This document shows positions 16,253 to 25,063 of a DNA stretch of 28,901 bases, one piece after another. The stretch's first letter is position 1. Each line of letters begins with the position of its first letter. Under the pieces are notes generated by a model. The model did not search any database. It worked only from the letters and a program-made list of their open reading frames with translations, and was not told the DNA's origin. The DNA is from Bacteroidales bacterium. Lineage in GTDB: Bacteria; Bacteroidota; Bacteroidia; Bacteroidales; UBA12481. The DNA lies in assembly GCA_038330665.1 (NCBI GenBank), contig JBBQOG010000001.1, positions 1 to 28,901 of the forward strand. Reading direction: 5' to 3'. The position numbers and the translations under genes are program-made.

Positions 16253-17047
16253 ATGAACAAATCAATCCTATTTGCCACCGCATTGCTGGTGGGACTCACC
16301 GCCTGCAAAAAAGACCCGCTTGACTCTATTCCTGCCGAGCTCACGAACGCCAGGGAAAGCCTGGCCGCCTCTTTCACCACACTCAACAACGACATGGCCG
16401 GCGCTGCAAGTTATGTGGCCTCCAACATCAACGATACAGCCGCCATCCGGACGAAAATGCTCGAGCTTTTTAATAAGTCGATATTCGCAGTAGAATTCGC
16501 CTTCATTTCCCCGCAGGGGATCATGCAGGTGATCGAACCCTCTGTGTATCATCCCAGCCAGGGCGCCGATATCAGCGGACAGGCACATGTGATAAAAGCC
16601 TTTCAAACCAAAGCACCGGTTCTGAGCTCCACCTTCCTTGCCGTCGAGGGATTTTATGCCGCGGTGGATATCCATCCGGTGATCGGTAACGGTCAGGTGC
16701 TCGGAGGCATTACCTGCCTGTTCCTTCCCGAAACCATTTTTAACAACATTATGATCCCCCTGCTCAAGGACCAGTCGTTCGAGCTCTGGGCCATGGAAAA
16801 GGGCGGAACCATGCTGTATAATCAGGATGCCGATGAGATTGGTCGCAACATCTTCACCGATGCGTTATACCAGCCCTTTCCGGAGCTGATCGCAGCAGCA
16901 AACAGGATAGCGGATGAGGCATACGGAGAAACTACCTATTCTTATTTCAAAACCGGAACGACCAACGTGGTGGTTAAAAAAACCTACTGGCTTACCTATT
17001 CCCTTTTTGGAATGGAATGGAAGCTCGTTTGGGTGAAACCGGAATAA
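16253..17047 (+). CDS. Stand-alone double-Cache (dCache-like) lipoprotein
   Basis: Lipobox GLTA-C; a long helix followed by two PAS-like subdomains (FAFISPQGIM...GADISGQAHV; LWAMEKGGTMLYNQDADEIGRNIF...WKLVW). There is no TM or output domain. Confidence 0.75.
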   Translation: MNKSILFATALLVGLTACKKDPLDSIPAELTNARESLAASFTTLNNDMAGAASYVASNINDTAAIRTKMLELFNKSIFAVEFAFISPQGIMQVIEPSVYHPSQGADISGQAHVIKAFQTKAPVLSSTFLAVEGFYAAVDIHPVIGNGQVLGGITCLFLPETIFNNIMIPLLKDQSFELWAMEKGGTMLYNQDADEIGRNIFTDALYQPFPELIAAANRIADEAYGETTYSYFKTGTTNVVVKKTYWLTYSLFGMEWKLVWVKPE

Positions 17048-17109
17048 TAAGGGCTCCCCGGTACCGAAATCCCAAAAACATCTTAATATTGCCTTCTTAA
17101 AAAAAATTT

Positions 17110-19593
17110 ATGAAGGCAAAAGGGATTTTCGTATCGATAAGTCTGCTGATCGCCGGAGCCACTTTATTCGGACAGCAGGCGCAGGAAAGTGTGATGACCG
17201 CGGATGATCAGGCGCTGGCCAATACCCCCAGGCTGATTCTTCCGGCTAGTTATGGCTCCCGGCCACTGCTCTACAAGAAGGATAATACCCGTACCATCTA
17301 TTTTTCCGGTATCTATAATCAATGGGTATGGAACTGCAATCAGGCCGGTTCCATTTGGACGATGTTCACCTATGAGATAAACTACCTGCGCAGCCTGGAT
17401 GCATCGCTACCGGCAAACAAGTATAGCCCCATGGCCGTTTATAATTTGCTGAATTACGGCAATTCCACTCAGGGCGTATCTTATTTTGACAGCTGGAGAC
17501 TCGTAAGAGCCAATGGAATTCCGGGTAATGCGGATTTTGACGCTCTCGACCAGAATTCCCAGGTATGGATGACCGGATATGATAAATATTACCGGGGGAT
17601 GAAGAACCGTGTGGATGAGGTTTTTGCCATCGACGTGGGAAGCCCCGAGGGTTTGCTTACGCTGAAACACTGGCTGAATGACCATCTCGACGGATCACAG
17701 GTTGGTGGACTGGCGAATTTCCAGATCGGCTCCGACCAGATGGTGATTCCTCAGATCCCTTTGAATAAGGGACTCGAAGAGGAAGGTCAGTATATCGTGA
17801 TCAAATACGGACCCGAAGTCGGGCACTGCATGACCTTCGCCGGCTGGAACGATTCCATAAGGTTTGATGTGAACGTCGACGGACGCTATACCAACAATAT
17901 TGATATCAACGGGGACCATGTGGTCGACATGAAGGACTGGGAAATAGGTGCCCTGCTCGTGGTGAACTCCTGGGGAACCGGGTTTGGTAATGCAGGCAAG
18001 CTGTGGGTTCAATACCGCCTGCTTGCCGAAAGCACCGAAACCGGTGGCATCTGGAATAATGACGTGATGGTCGTCAGGCCCAAGAAAACCTATAGCCCCC
18101 AACTGACCGTGAAGGCTCAGATCCGATATAATCATCGGAGCCGGCTTAAAATTCAAGTGGGCTTATCCACAGATGTAAATGCACTGGTTCCCGAGCGTGT
18201 GATCGATTTTCCATGCTTTAACTTCCAGGGCGATACGCTGCCTATGCAAGGCTTCAAGGGGCTCAATTCGGATCTGATTGAGATCGGATTGGATATCACG
18301 CCGCTGATGAATTACTTCCCGGCGAACGGGCAGGCAAGAATTTTCCTCGAAGTGGTGCAGAAATCATCCACCAACACCGATCATGGCTCGGTCGAGAGTT
18401 TTTCGGTGATGGATTATACCAACGGAACACACGAATTTTTCGGTACCCCCGCTAGTGCCCCAATCCTTTCCAATACGGTCACCCGCCTGTCGGCACAGGT
18501 CAATACCCGCCTAAATCGCCCAACCATTCTCACCGATCAGTTGCCTGAAGCGCCGGTTGGTTTTGAGTACCGTGCCCAGATTGAAGCCGATGGAACCGGG
18601 GGTCCGTATCGATTTACCAATCCGGCCGTTACCTATTTTGAAACACCTGTGGCATCCGACCTGAGTTTTACCGGTGGGGCGAGCGTGTTTTCAGAACCAC
18701 TGATTACCGCACGGGTCATGGACTTGCCCTTTATGTTTCCCTTCAACGGAGTAAATTATAACCAGATCACCATTCTGAAGGACGGCGGATTTGTCATGGG
18801 CCAGAGCCTGGTGACCTATCCCTATGTCATTGATAACCGTGTGAGGTTTTACCAGAATAACGGAGTATTCCCGTTCCTGAGCAAACTCTGGTACCCCGAT
18901 GCAAACAGCCAGGTGACTTTCGAGTCCTCGGCCACCGCCGTAATCATCCGCTGGCATGCGACCGCCGATGCAGCCGGAAAGCAACCGGTGGAATTTGCGG
19001 CTAACATCCAACCCGACGGTGGAATCCGCTTTTATTACGGAAGCATGACAGTAAGCCCCGATCTGGCCTGGATAGCGGGCTTATCGTCAGGGAACAATAT
19101 CGACTACTTTCTGCCCGAACAGAACACTGCCGGCATGAAACCGAACACCGCAATCAGCTTAAATCACCTGAACTGGCCATCCTGGTTAAGCCTGGGATCG
19201 AATGGCGATCTTCAGGGAACGCCTATGACTCCGGGGACTTATACCCTTCCATTGCGCGTGACGGACGGGGCCGGGATCAGCAATGATAAGGAACTGACCT
19301 TAAAGGTTACCAGTGGTAGTGGGGTGCCCTCCGAATCGGTCGGCGGAAAAATCAGCATTTACCCGAATCCGGCAACGGATCAGGTTTGGTTAAAAGGATT
19401 TTCCGATCAAGCAGGCGACTTACAATTCAGGCTGTACAACCTAACTGGAAGCCTCGTGGTTTCCACGCACTTCCAGCTGAATGCCGGAAATTTCCTGATA
19501 CCGGTTTCTGAAACGGCAACGCTTCCAACCGGTGTCTATCTCTATCGCTTAAACGGTGTGATCAGCGATACCGGTAAAATTATTCGACAATAA
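17110..19593 (+). CDS. T9SS-secreted papain-like (clan CA, C1-like) cysteine protease with Ig-like, NIDO-like and type A CTD regions
   Basis: Signal peptide ...TLFG|QQ. Gln in YNQ (17320), Cys in WNCNQA (17335), His in GHCMTFAGWND (17824) and Asn in VNSWG (17965). C-terminal IYPNPATDQ...GVYLYRL...KIIRQ. Confidence 0.85.
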   Translation: MKAKGIFVSISLLIAGATLFGQQAQESVMTADDQALANTPRLILPASYGSRPLLYKKDNTRTIYFSGIYNQWVWNCNQAGSIWTMFTYEINYLRSLDASLPANKYSPMAVYNLLNYGNSTQGVSYFDSWRLVRANGIPGNADFDALDQNSQVWMTGYDKYYRGMKNRVDEVFAIDVGSPEGLLTLKHWLNDHLDGSQVGGLANFQIGSDQMVIPQIPLNKGLEEEGQYIVIKYGPEVGHCMTFAGWNDSIRFDVNVDGRYTNNIDINGDHVVDMKDWEIGALLVVNSWGTGFGNAGKLWVQYRLLAESTETGGIWNNDVMVVRPKKTYSPQLTVKAQIRYNHRSRLKIQVGLSTDVNALVPERVIDFPCFNFQGDTLPMQGFKGLNSDLIEIGLDITPLMNYFPANGQARIFLEVVQKSSTNTDHGSVESFSVMDYTNGTHEFFGTPASAPILSNTVTRLSAQVNTRLNRPTILTDQLPEAPVGFEYRAQIEADGTGGPYRFTNPAVTYFETPVASDLSFTGGASVFSEPLITARVMDLPFMFPFNGVNYNQITILKDGGFVMGQSLVTYPYVIDNRVRFYQNNGVFPFLSKLWYPDANSQVTFESSATAVIIRWHATADAAGKQPVEFAANIQPDGGIRFYYGSMTVSPDLAWIAGLSSGNNIDYFLPEQNTAGMKPNTAISLNHLNWPSWLSLGSNGDLQGTPMTPGTYTLPLRVTDGAGISNDKELTLKVTSGSGVPSESVGGKISIYPNPATDQVWLKGFSDQAGDLQFRLYNLTGSLVVSTHFQLNAGNFLIPVSETATLPTGVYLYRLNGVISDTGKIIRQ

Positions 19594-22500
19594 GTTTCTG
19601 ATAGGTCACAGCTAGTCCGTCGATGACCCGGATCAGGTAAAATCCCTGTTTTGCGGCGGATAATTGTATGGGTTCGGTTAACCGGTAAATACTCCCCTCG
19701 TACCACCGGTCAAAGATCTCCCTCCCGGTCAGATCCAGGATCGATACCCGGATACGGTTGCTGCCGGAGGTGGTATAGTCGAGGGTAAAATTCCCGAGGT
19801 TGGGATTGGGATAGACCTGCAGCGTATTCATCACCGGATGATCATTCACGCCGCTTAAATCGTAACTCACCATGATCTGGTAATGGGCTATGGTAACCTG
19901 GTCTTCAGCGGTAACATTGATCTCAACAGTTGCCGGATAGGTACCAGGACAGATAATGTCCACCGATGCATTCGGATCTGAAAGGGTCACCTCAACCGCG
20001 GGTGGGCAAGTGGTTCCCCCAATTAGTACGAGGCTGTACACCAAATGGTCACTTTGAAATCCCGGAATGGAAGTCCCATTCACCCGGATATCGGTCAGCG
20101 CAGCATTGTCATCCTCATCCAGCTCAAAATAGATGGTGTAGGTCTTTGTTGCCGTCCCACTCTGGGAGGTGACCACAATCGTGGTATTTCCCGGCAGACT
20201 GGTGGCCGGGGTAATGACTTTGGTGGCAAAAGTACTGGTGGTAGCCGCCGTTATAGTGGGTACCAAATTTGTTTCATGCTCAAGTATGTCATCATATACC
20301 GTTACCTGGGGATTGAACCCTGCAAGCGCGAGCCCATTAATCCAGATATTCGACAGAGTGGCATCGGTGGATCCGGCTTCCACGGTGAAATTAATCGTAT
20401 AAATCCGGGTATTGGTGCCGTTTTCAGCGGTAACCAATATAGTGGTTGCTCCGGGCAGGGAGGAGGCCGGTGTGATAACCCTCGATGCATTTGCATCGGA
20501 TGTAGTGGCTGTAACAGTCGGAACAACCACCGTTCCGAAGGGCAGCATCTGGGTATAGGTCAATACCGTACTGGAAAATCCGGTGATGGTGGTACCTGAA
20601 ACTTTAAGATCGGACAGCGAGGCATCATTGTTTTTTGCTACCGTAAAGTTTAACGAGTAAATCTTTACCGTGATACCATCCTGTGCAGTCACCCTGACAA
20701 GGGTCGTCCCGGGCAAAGAAGCTGCAGAGGTGATCAGTTTGGTTGCGGAAGTGTGGGTGGTGGTGGCGGTCACGGTAGGAACCGCGACAGCTCCGAATGG
20801 CAATGAAATTTCGTAAGATAACGTGCCGGAGGCAAATCCGGTAACCGTTACCCCATTCACTTTCAGATCCGAAAGCGTGGCATCGTTGGATGCTGACTCT
20901 ACTGAAAAGTTAACGGTATAGGTTTGTGTGCTGGAGCCGTTTTCAGCGGTAACCAGAATGGTGGTGGCTCCAGGTAATGCGGAAGCCGCTGTGATTACCC
21001 TGGAGGCATTTGCATCGGTGGTGGTGGCCGTAACCGTTGGTACCGTTGAGGTTCCGTATGGAACCGTTACAGTATAGTTGAATACGGTTCTGGAGAATCC
21101 GCTAACGGTGGTTCCCGATACTTTCAGATCAGAAAGGGTGGCATCGTTGTTTTTGGCAACGGTAAAATTCACCGTGTACGTTTTGATGGTAGTTCCGTCT
21201 GCTGCAGTTACCCGCACAGTAGCTGACCCGGGTAATGCCAATGCCTGGGTGATCAGCTTGGCCGCGCCACTGTCGTTGGTGGTGGCCGTAACCACCGGCA
21301 AAGTCACCGTTCCAATCGGTAAAAGAATATCGTACGCGAGGGTCCCCGGGGCAAAACCGGTAACCGTAACTCCATTGACTTTCAGATCCGAGAGGGTGGC
21401 GTCGTTTGAAGCTGCCTGTACGGTAAAATTAATCGTATAGGTTTGTGTGGTGGTGCCATTTTCCGCAGTAACCAGAACGGTGGTGGAACCCGGAAGCGAG
21501 GAAGCCGGTGTGATCACCCGGGATGCATTTGCATCGGTGGTGGTAGCCGTAACCGTGGGTACTGCTGAAGTTCCGGATGGCAAAGTTATATTATAGGTGA
21601 ATACGGTTTTCGAGAATCCGCCGACGGTGGTACCTGCTATTTTCAGGTCCGAAAGCGTGGCGTCGTTGTTTCGGGTTACGGTAAAATTCAGTGTGTACGT
21701 TTTGATGGTGGTCCCGTCGGTGGCCGTCACCCTCACGGTGGCGGATCCCGGGAGCGCAACCGCCTGGGTGATCAGCTTGGTGGCACCGGCATCTGTCGTA
21801 GTAGCAGTAACTACGGGCATGGTGACCGTTCCAACCGGCAGGGTCACCGCATAAGTGAGTGTCGTCGGCGCAAATCCGGACACGGTGGTGCCATTCACTT
21901 TCAGATCCGAGAGCGTCGCATCGGCACTGCCGGTTTGCCCGGTATAGTCCTGGGCGGTGGCATCAGCTGCCTGATTGGTATAGGTTCGGCTGGCCGGAGT
22001 AAATGTATAGCCCGTTTTTGCAGGCGATACCGTGCCGCTCCAGCCCGAGGTAACATTGGCCGAATACAAACCGCTGATGTTGGTCGACGGGTTACCCGGC
22101 AAACCATTCAGAATAACATTTGAAATCGCCACTCCGGCCCCGGTCTTCACATAACCCGATATCAGGTAGGTGACGGCAGCTCCATAAATGTGAAGCATTC
22201 CGGCCGCATCATCATAATGTAGATTCCGCTTTTCCTGACCGTAGGAAATTAATCCGTACATGGCCTTACCCTGATCATATACGCCATCGCTGCTGGCACC
22301 GTATAAATCTCTCAGATTCAGCCAGTGACCGAACTCATGCAAGGCCACCGATTCTACGTCCATACCGGAAGCACCCGAGTTCCAGGATACCCCGGAATTG
22401 AAAACGATGTCGCATTCAACTAACGTATTCCCGGAAGACCACATCGAAGCCTGACCGATGGTCGACCCGTCAAGCGTTCCCCAGCAGATGTCGTTATTAC

Positions 22501-23944
22501 TGTTCAACGCGGGAGCGGTATTGGTTGTAGAGCCAACATAATTGTAATTCAGATTGGCCCCGGTAAGGTTCCAGCTGCTGGCTGCATTCATGATATCAGT
22601 GGCTTCCGTAGAAACGCTGCCTAAATTTTCGTTGATCCGGTAAGATACCACAGCCGTGCCCCATTTGGGCCCCCCTACGCTATAGGTGACCTTAAAGGGA
22701 TATTCATTACTCGTTTGGCCCGCATTGTTGGTTACCGTAACCGGACCGCTGCCGGCCGATGCCGAATACCCGTTCACGGTTCCGATCGGAACCGTGCACA
22801 CAATCTGCGTATCGCTCCAGCTGACGATGGTACCGGAAATCTTGGGCTGCCCCGATCGGTAAAAGAAGTTCACCTTGCCGGTTCCCTGGCTGGCACCAAA
22901 AGTATTTCCGGAAAGGGTCACCTGGCTGTTTGTGCCCGATGAAGCCATATCCGGAGAGATCGAAGTGATGGTAATGGAACCGGCAGTCGCCTCGTCCACC
23001 TTGATCGCATCCCCGCCGATCGAAGCATTGGTGGCTAAAACGTTGGATTGCGTATTATCCATCATATCGACCGTAAAATTCAGCTCCATGTTGCCCGTAA
23101 TCAGTCCGGCAAAATCCGCCTCACTAAAGGCAAAGTTTTTGTTGTCCACTTCCGTGCCCGTGATGATGAAACTATTCGAGGAAGTCCAAACCTGTCCGGT
23201 AGTGGTGCAGGTTATCCTGAAATACACGGTAACCGGACCCGGATCGGCATCGCCATTTACCCGGATCAGGAAGGTAAAGGAGGAAAAATATCCGTCGCCG
23301 TCGCCGTCGCTGCTGCCGGTAAAAGCGGCTTTTAACCCGGTAACGGTATACGTATCATTGATGCCGTTCGTGGAATTACCGCTCTTCAAACTTCGGCCAG
23401 CCGGGGCAAAAGGTTCGGTTTTCAGGCTGCGGAGCAGGGCCGGAATTGCAGTGGCATCGCGATTGGATTCCCTTAGGGCCTGAACGAACCGTTCGGTTTT
23501 AATTACCTGATTTTCAACAAATACCTTTCCATCGGTCACCGTATATTTACCCTGGAACCCGCCCGTTAGGGAAACCGCATTGTTCTGTAGGAAGAGAATG
23601 CACTCCTCACCCTGCGAAAATTCCACCGAGGAGGTCACGAACTGGGTGGTATCCCCAATGGTACCCCCCGGCATGGCCAGGTTGAACGGGCTGTTAACGG
23701 CCAGGTTACCCCGGATGCAGTCGAGCACCCGGAACCGCGTGGTGGTGATGATGTTTTTTCCTGCATTTCCATAAACCCAAACCGATTCGCCCGACTCGGC
23801 CTGCACATGCAGAATCACCCCTGATCTTTGGGCTACCTCAGGAAGGCTCATCTTTAATTGTTGGGAAAAAGCCGGACTGGCCAGCGTGACCCAAACAGTT
23901 GCCATAACGATGGTCCATAAAAATGACGTAAACACTTTTTTCAT
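19580..23944 (-). CDS. T9SS-secreted matrixin/M10-like metalloprotease with prodomain, IPT/TIG domain, eight cadherin-like beta-sandwich repeats and type A CTD
   Basis: Likely start MKKVF (23944) with signal peptide ...PAFS|QQ. ITITSISPD...SWSDTQIVCTVP is IPT-like. HEFGHWLNLRD (22339-22307) is followed by the Met-turn AMYG. Repeats begin DATLSDLKV; the CTD is VYPNPNLG...GFYLIRV...QKLIVE. Confidence 0.85.
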   Translation of the reverse strand: MKKVFTSFLWTIVMATVWVTLASPAFSQQLKMSLPEVAQRSGVILHVQAESGESVWVYGNAGKNIITTTRFRVLDCIRGNLAVNSPFNLAMPGGTIGDTTQFVTSSVEFSQGEECILFLQNNAVSLTGGFQGKYTVTDGKVFVENQVIKTERFVQALRESNRDATAIPALLRSLKTEPFAPAGRSLKSGNSTNGINDTYTVTGLKAAFTGSSDGDGDGYFSSFTFLIRVNGDADPGPVTVYFRITCTTTGQVWTSSNSFIITGTEVDNKNFAFSEADFAGLITGNMELNFTVDMMDNTQSNVLATNASIGGDAIKVDEATAGSITITSISPDMASSGTNSQVTLSGNTFGASQGTGKVNFFYRSGQPKISGTIVSWSDTQIVCTVPIGTVNGYSASAGSGPVTVTNNAGQTSNEYPFKVTYSVGGPKWGTAVVSYRINENLGSVSTEATDIMNAASSWNLTGANLNYNYVGSTTNTAPALNSNNDICWGTLDGSTIGQASMWSSGNTLVECDIVFNSGVSWNSGASGMDVESVALHEFGHWLNLRDLYGASSDGVYDQGKAMYGLISYGQEKRNLHYDDAAGMLHIYGAAVTYLISGYVKTGAGVAISNVILNGLPGNPSTNISGLYSANVTSGWSGTVSPAKTGYTFTPASRTYTNQAADATAQDYTGQTGSADATLSDLKVNGTTVSGFAPTTLTYAVTLPVGTVTMPVVTATTTDAGATKLITQAVALPGSATVRVTATDGTTIKTYTLNFTVTRNNDATLSDLKIAGTTVGGFSKTVFTYNITLPSGTSAVPTVTATTTDANASRVITPASSLPGSTTVLVTAENGTTTQTYTINFTVQAASNDATLSDLKVNGVTVTGFAPGTLAYDILLPIGTVTLPVVTATTNDSGAAKLITQALALPGSATVRVTAADGTTIKTYTVNFTVAKNNDATLSDLKVSGTTVSGFSRTVFNYTVTVPYGTSTVPTVTATTTDANASRVITAASALPGATTILVTAENGSSTQTYTVNFSVESASNDATLSDLKVNGVTVTGFASGTLSYEISLPFGAVAVPTVTATTTHTSATKLITSAASLPGTTLVRVTAQDGITVKIYSLNFTVAKNNDASLSDLKVSGTTITGFSSTVLTYTQMLPFGTVVVPTVTATTSDANASRVITPASSLPGATTILVTAENGTNTRIYTINFTVEAGSTDATLSNIWINGLALAGFNPQVTVYDDILEHETNLVPTITAATTSTFATKVITPATSLPGNTTIVVTSQSGTATKTYTIYFELDEDDNAALTDIRVNGTSIPGFQSDHLVYSLVLIGGTTCPPAVEVTLSDPNASVDIICPGTYPATVEINVTAEDQVTIAHYQIMVSYDLSGVNDHPVMNTLQVYPNPNLGNFTLDYTTSGSNRIRVSILDLTGREIFDRWYEGSIYRLTEPIQLSAAKQGFYLIRVIDGLAVTYQKLIVE
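19856..21925 (-). repeat. Eight tandem ~86-aa cadherin-like repeats in A/B pairs with 519-nt period
   Basis: The Asp codons of the DATLS motifs in repeats 1, 3, 5 and 7 end at 21922, 21403, 20884 and 20365, exactly 519 nt apart. Confidence 0.9.
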
Positions 23945-23969
23945 GTCTTGCATTTCCAAATGGTTATTC

Positions 23970-23997
23970 AGCCGACCCCCATGCGGAGGAGTCGTGG
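23970..23997 (-). promoter_or_regulatory. 5'-UTR RNA hairpin, copy 1 (CCACGACUCCU-CCGCAU-GGGGGUCGGCU)
   Basis: Lies between the promoter at 24026-24019 and the protease start; homologous to 28857-28887 with compensatory changes. Confidence 0.6.
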
Positions 23998-24018
23998 TTT
24001 TGGTTTGGTATTACCAAC

Positions 24019-24026
24019 CAAAGTTA
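24019..24026 (-). promoter_or_regulatory. Exact -7 element TAACTTTG driving the metalloprotease gene
   Basis: The reverse complement of caaagtta is TAACTTTG; a TTG lies 18 nt upstream (24047-24045). Confidence 0.6.
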
Positions 24027-24088
24027 TAGCGGAATTTATAAATTCAAGAAAATAAACAGATTAATTTACAAAGGGCCTCGAAAAGGAC

Positions 24089-25063
24089 CTAATCGATCGG
24101 TTGACCGAGGTTAATGGAAAATTGGATCATGTGGCTTACGAACTGGTTCGGAACATCGGCCGAGACCGGCAATATAAACAGGTAGCGGATGTACAGGTTA
24201 TCGAGTTTGATCCCGGTATACATCGAAAGTCCTTTTTTCCAGGCATAGGAAACCCCGGCATGGAAGCGGTCGAGCAAATGGACAGTAGTACCCGCATCGA
24301 ACCGAAAACCTGCGGCAGCATTGAGTTTCAGAACCACCATGGGTTCAAGTTTCAGTTTCAGATCGCGGTTCAATTCAAAGAAATAGCCTCCATAAGCGTA
24401 TGCCGATCGGGCGAGATCCTGGTTTTCAAGGGTATCCCGGTTATCGCGGAATTCGTTGTTCCCAAAATTAACTCTCGAGTTTAACAGCTGCACAACCGAA
24501 ATGCCTCCATAGCCATTCTTGTTAAAAAAATGCACCCCGGCATTGAGGTCCGCAAAAAAACCGTTCACCGGATTATTGAAATACTGATCGCTCGAGTCGG
24601 CGAGTATCACGCCGGTAGTGGCAATCTGATAAAGCATGGGGGCCAGGCCGAACGACCAGCGCCCACGGCTGGTATATACATGGTAAGCATAATCCAGATG
24701 AAGTCCGGTCAGCTGGAACACCCCGTTCGATTCATGAAAAAACCCGCCACCCGCACCCACATTGCTGAAGGTATTCTTTCCCTGGTTGACGAATCCGAGC
24801 GGATTAAAGCGATCCCTGGCTTTTGACCATTTGGTGTGAAAGGTCACACTCTGACTGGCAGGGGCGCCACTCCACCCGATCCATTGCTGTTTCGAATTGA
24901 ACGACAGGGTGCTGTACTGTCCGGTTCCGGCGATCGCCGGGTTAAGGAGGAAAAGGTTTCCCAGATACTGATCGGAAAAGGAATTAACCTGACTATACCC
25001 ACGCAGCACCGTGATCAGCAAGATCAGGGACAGAACCGTACGGTATGTGATTTTCCTTCTCAT
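24089..25063 (-). CDS. PorP/SprF-family T9SS membrane protein
   Basis: True start is probably MRRKITY at 25063 (ATGA overlap with the upstream stop), then a signal peptide, FSDQYLGNLFLLNPAIAG, QQWIGWSGAPASQ and beta-barrel strands. It sits immediately downstream of a type B CTD gene. Confidence 0.9.
   Translation of the reverse strand: MRRKITYRTVLSLILLITVLRGYSQVNSFSDQYLGNLFLLNPAIAGTGQYSTLSFNSKQQWIGWSGAPASQSVTFHTKWSKARDRFNPLGFVNQGKNTFSNVGAGGGFFHESNGVFQLTGLHLDYAYHVYTSRGRWSFGLAPMLYQIATTGVILADSSDQYFNNPVNGFFADLNAGVHFFNKNGYGGISVVQLLNSRVNFGNNEFRDNRDTLENQDLARSAYAYGGYFFELNRDLKLKLEPMVVLKLNAAAGFRFDAGTTVHLLDRFHAGVSYAWKKGLSMYTGIKLDNLYIRYLFILPVSADVPNQFVSHMIQFSINLGQPID

Noticed and set aside
19856-21925. 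Regularly spaced DNA repeats as a possible CRISPR array or mobile element
   Set aside because: They are in-frame protein domain repeats with synonymous divergence; there are no spacers, cas genes, transposase or terminal repeats.
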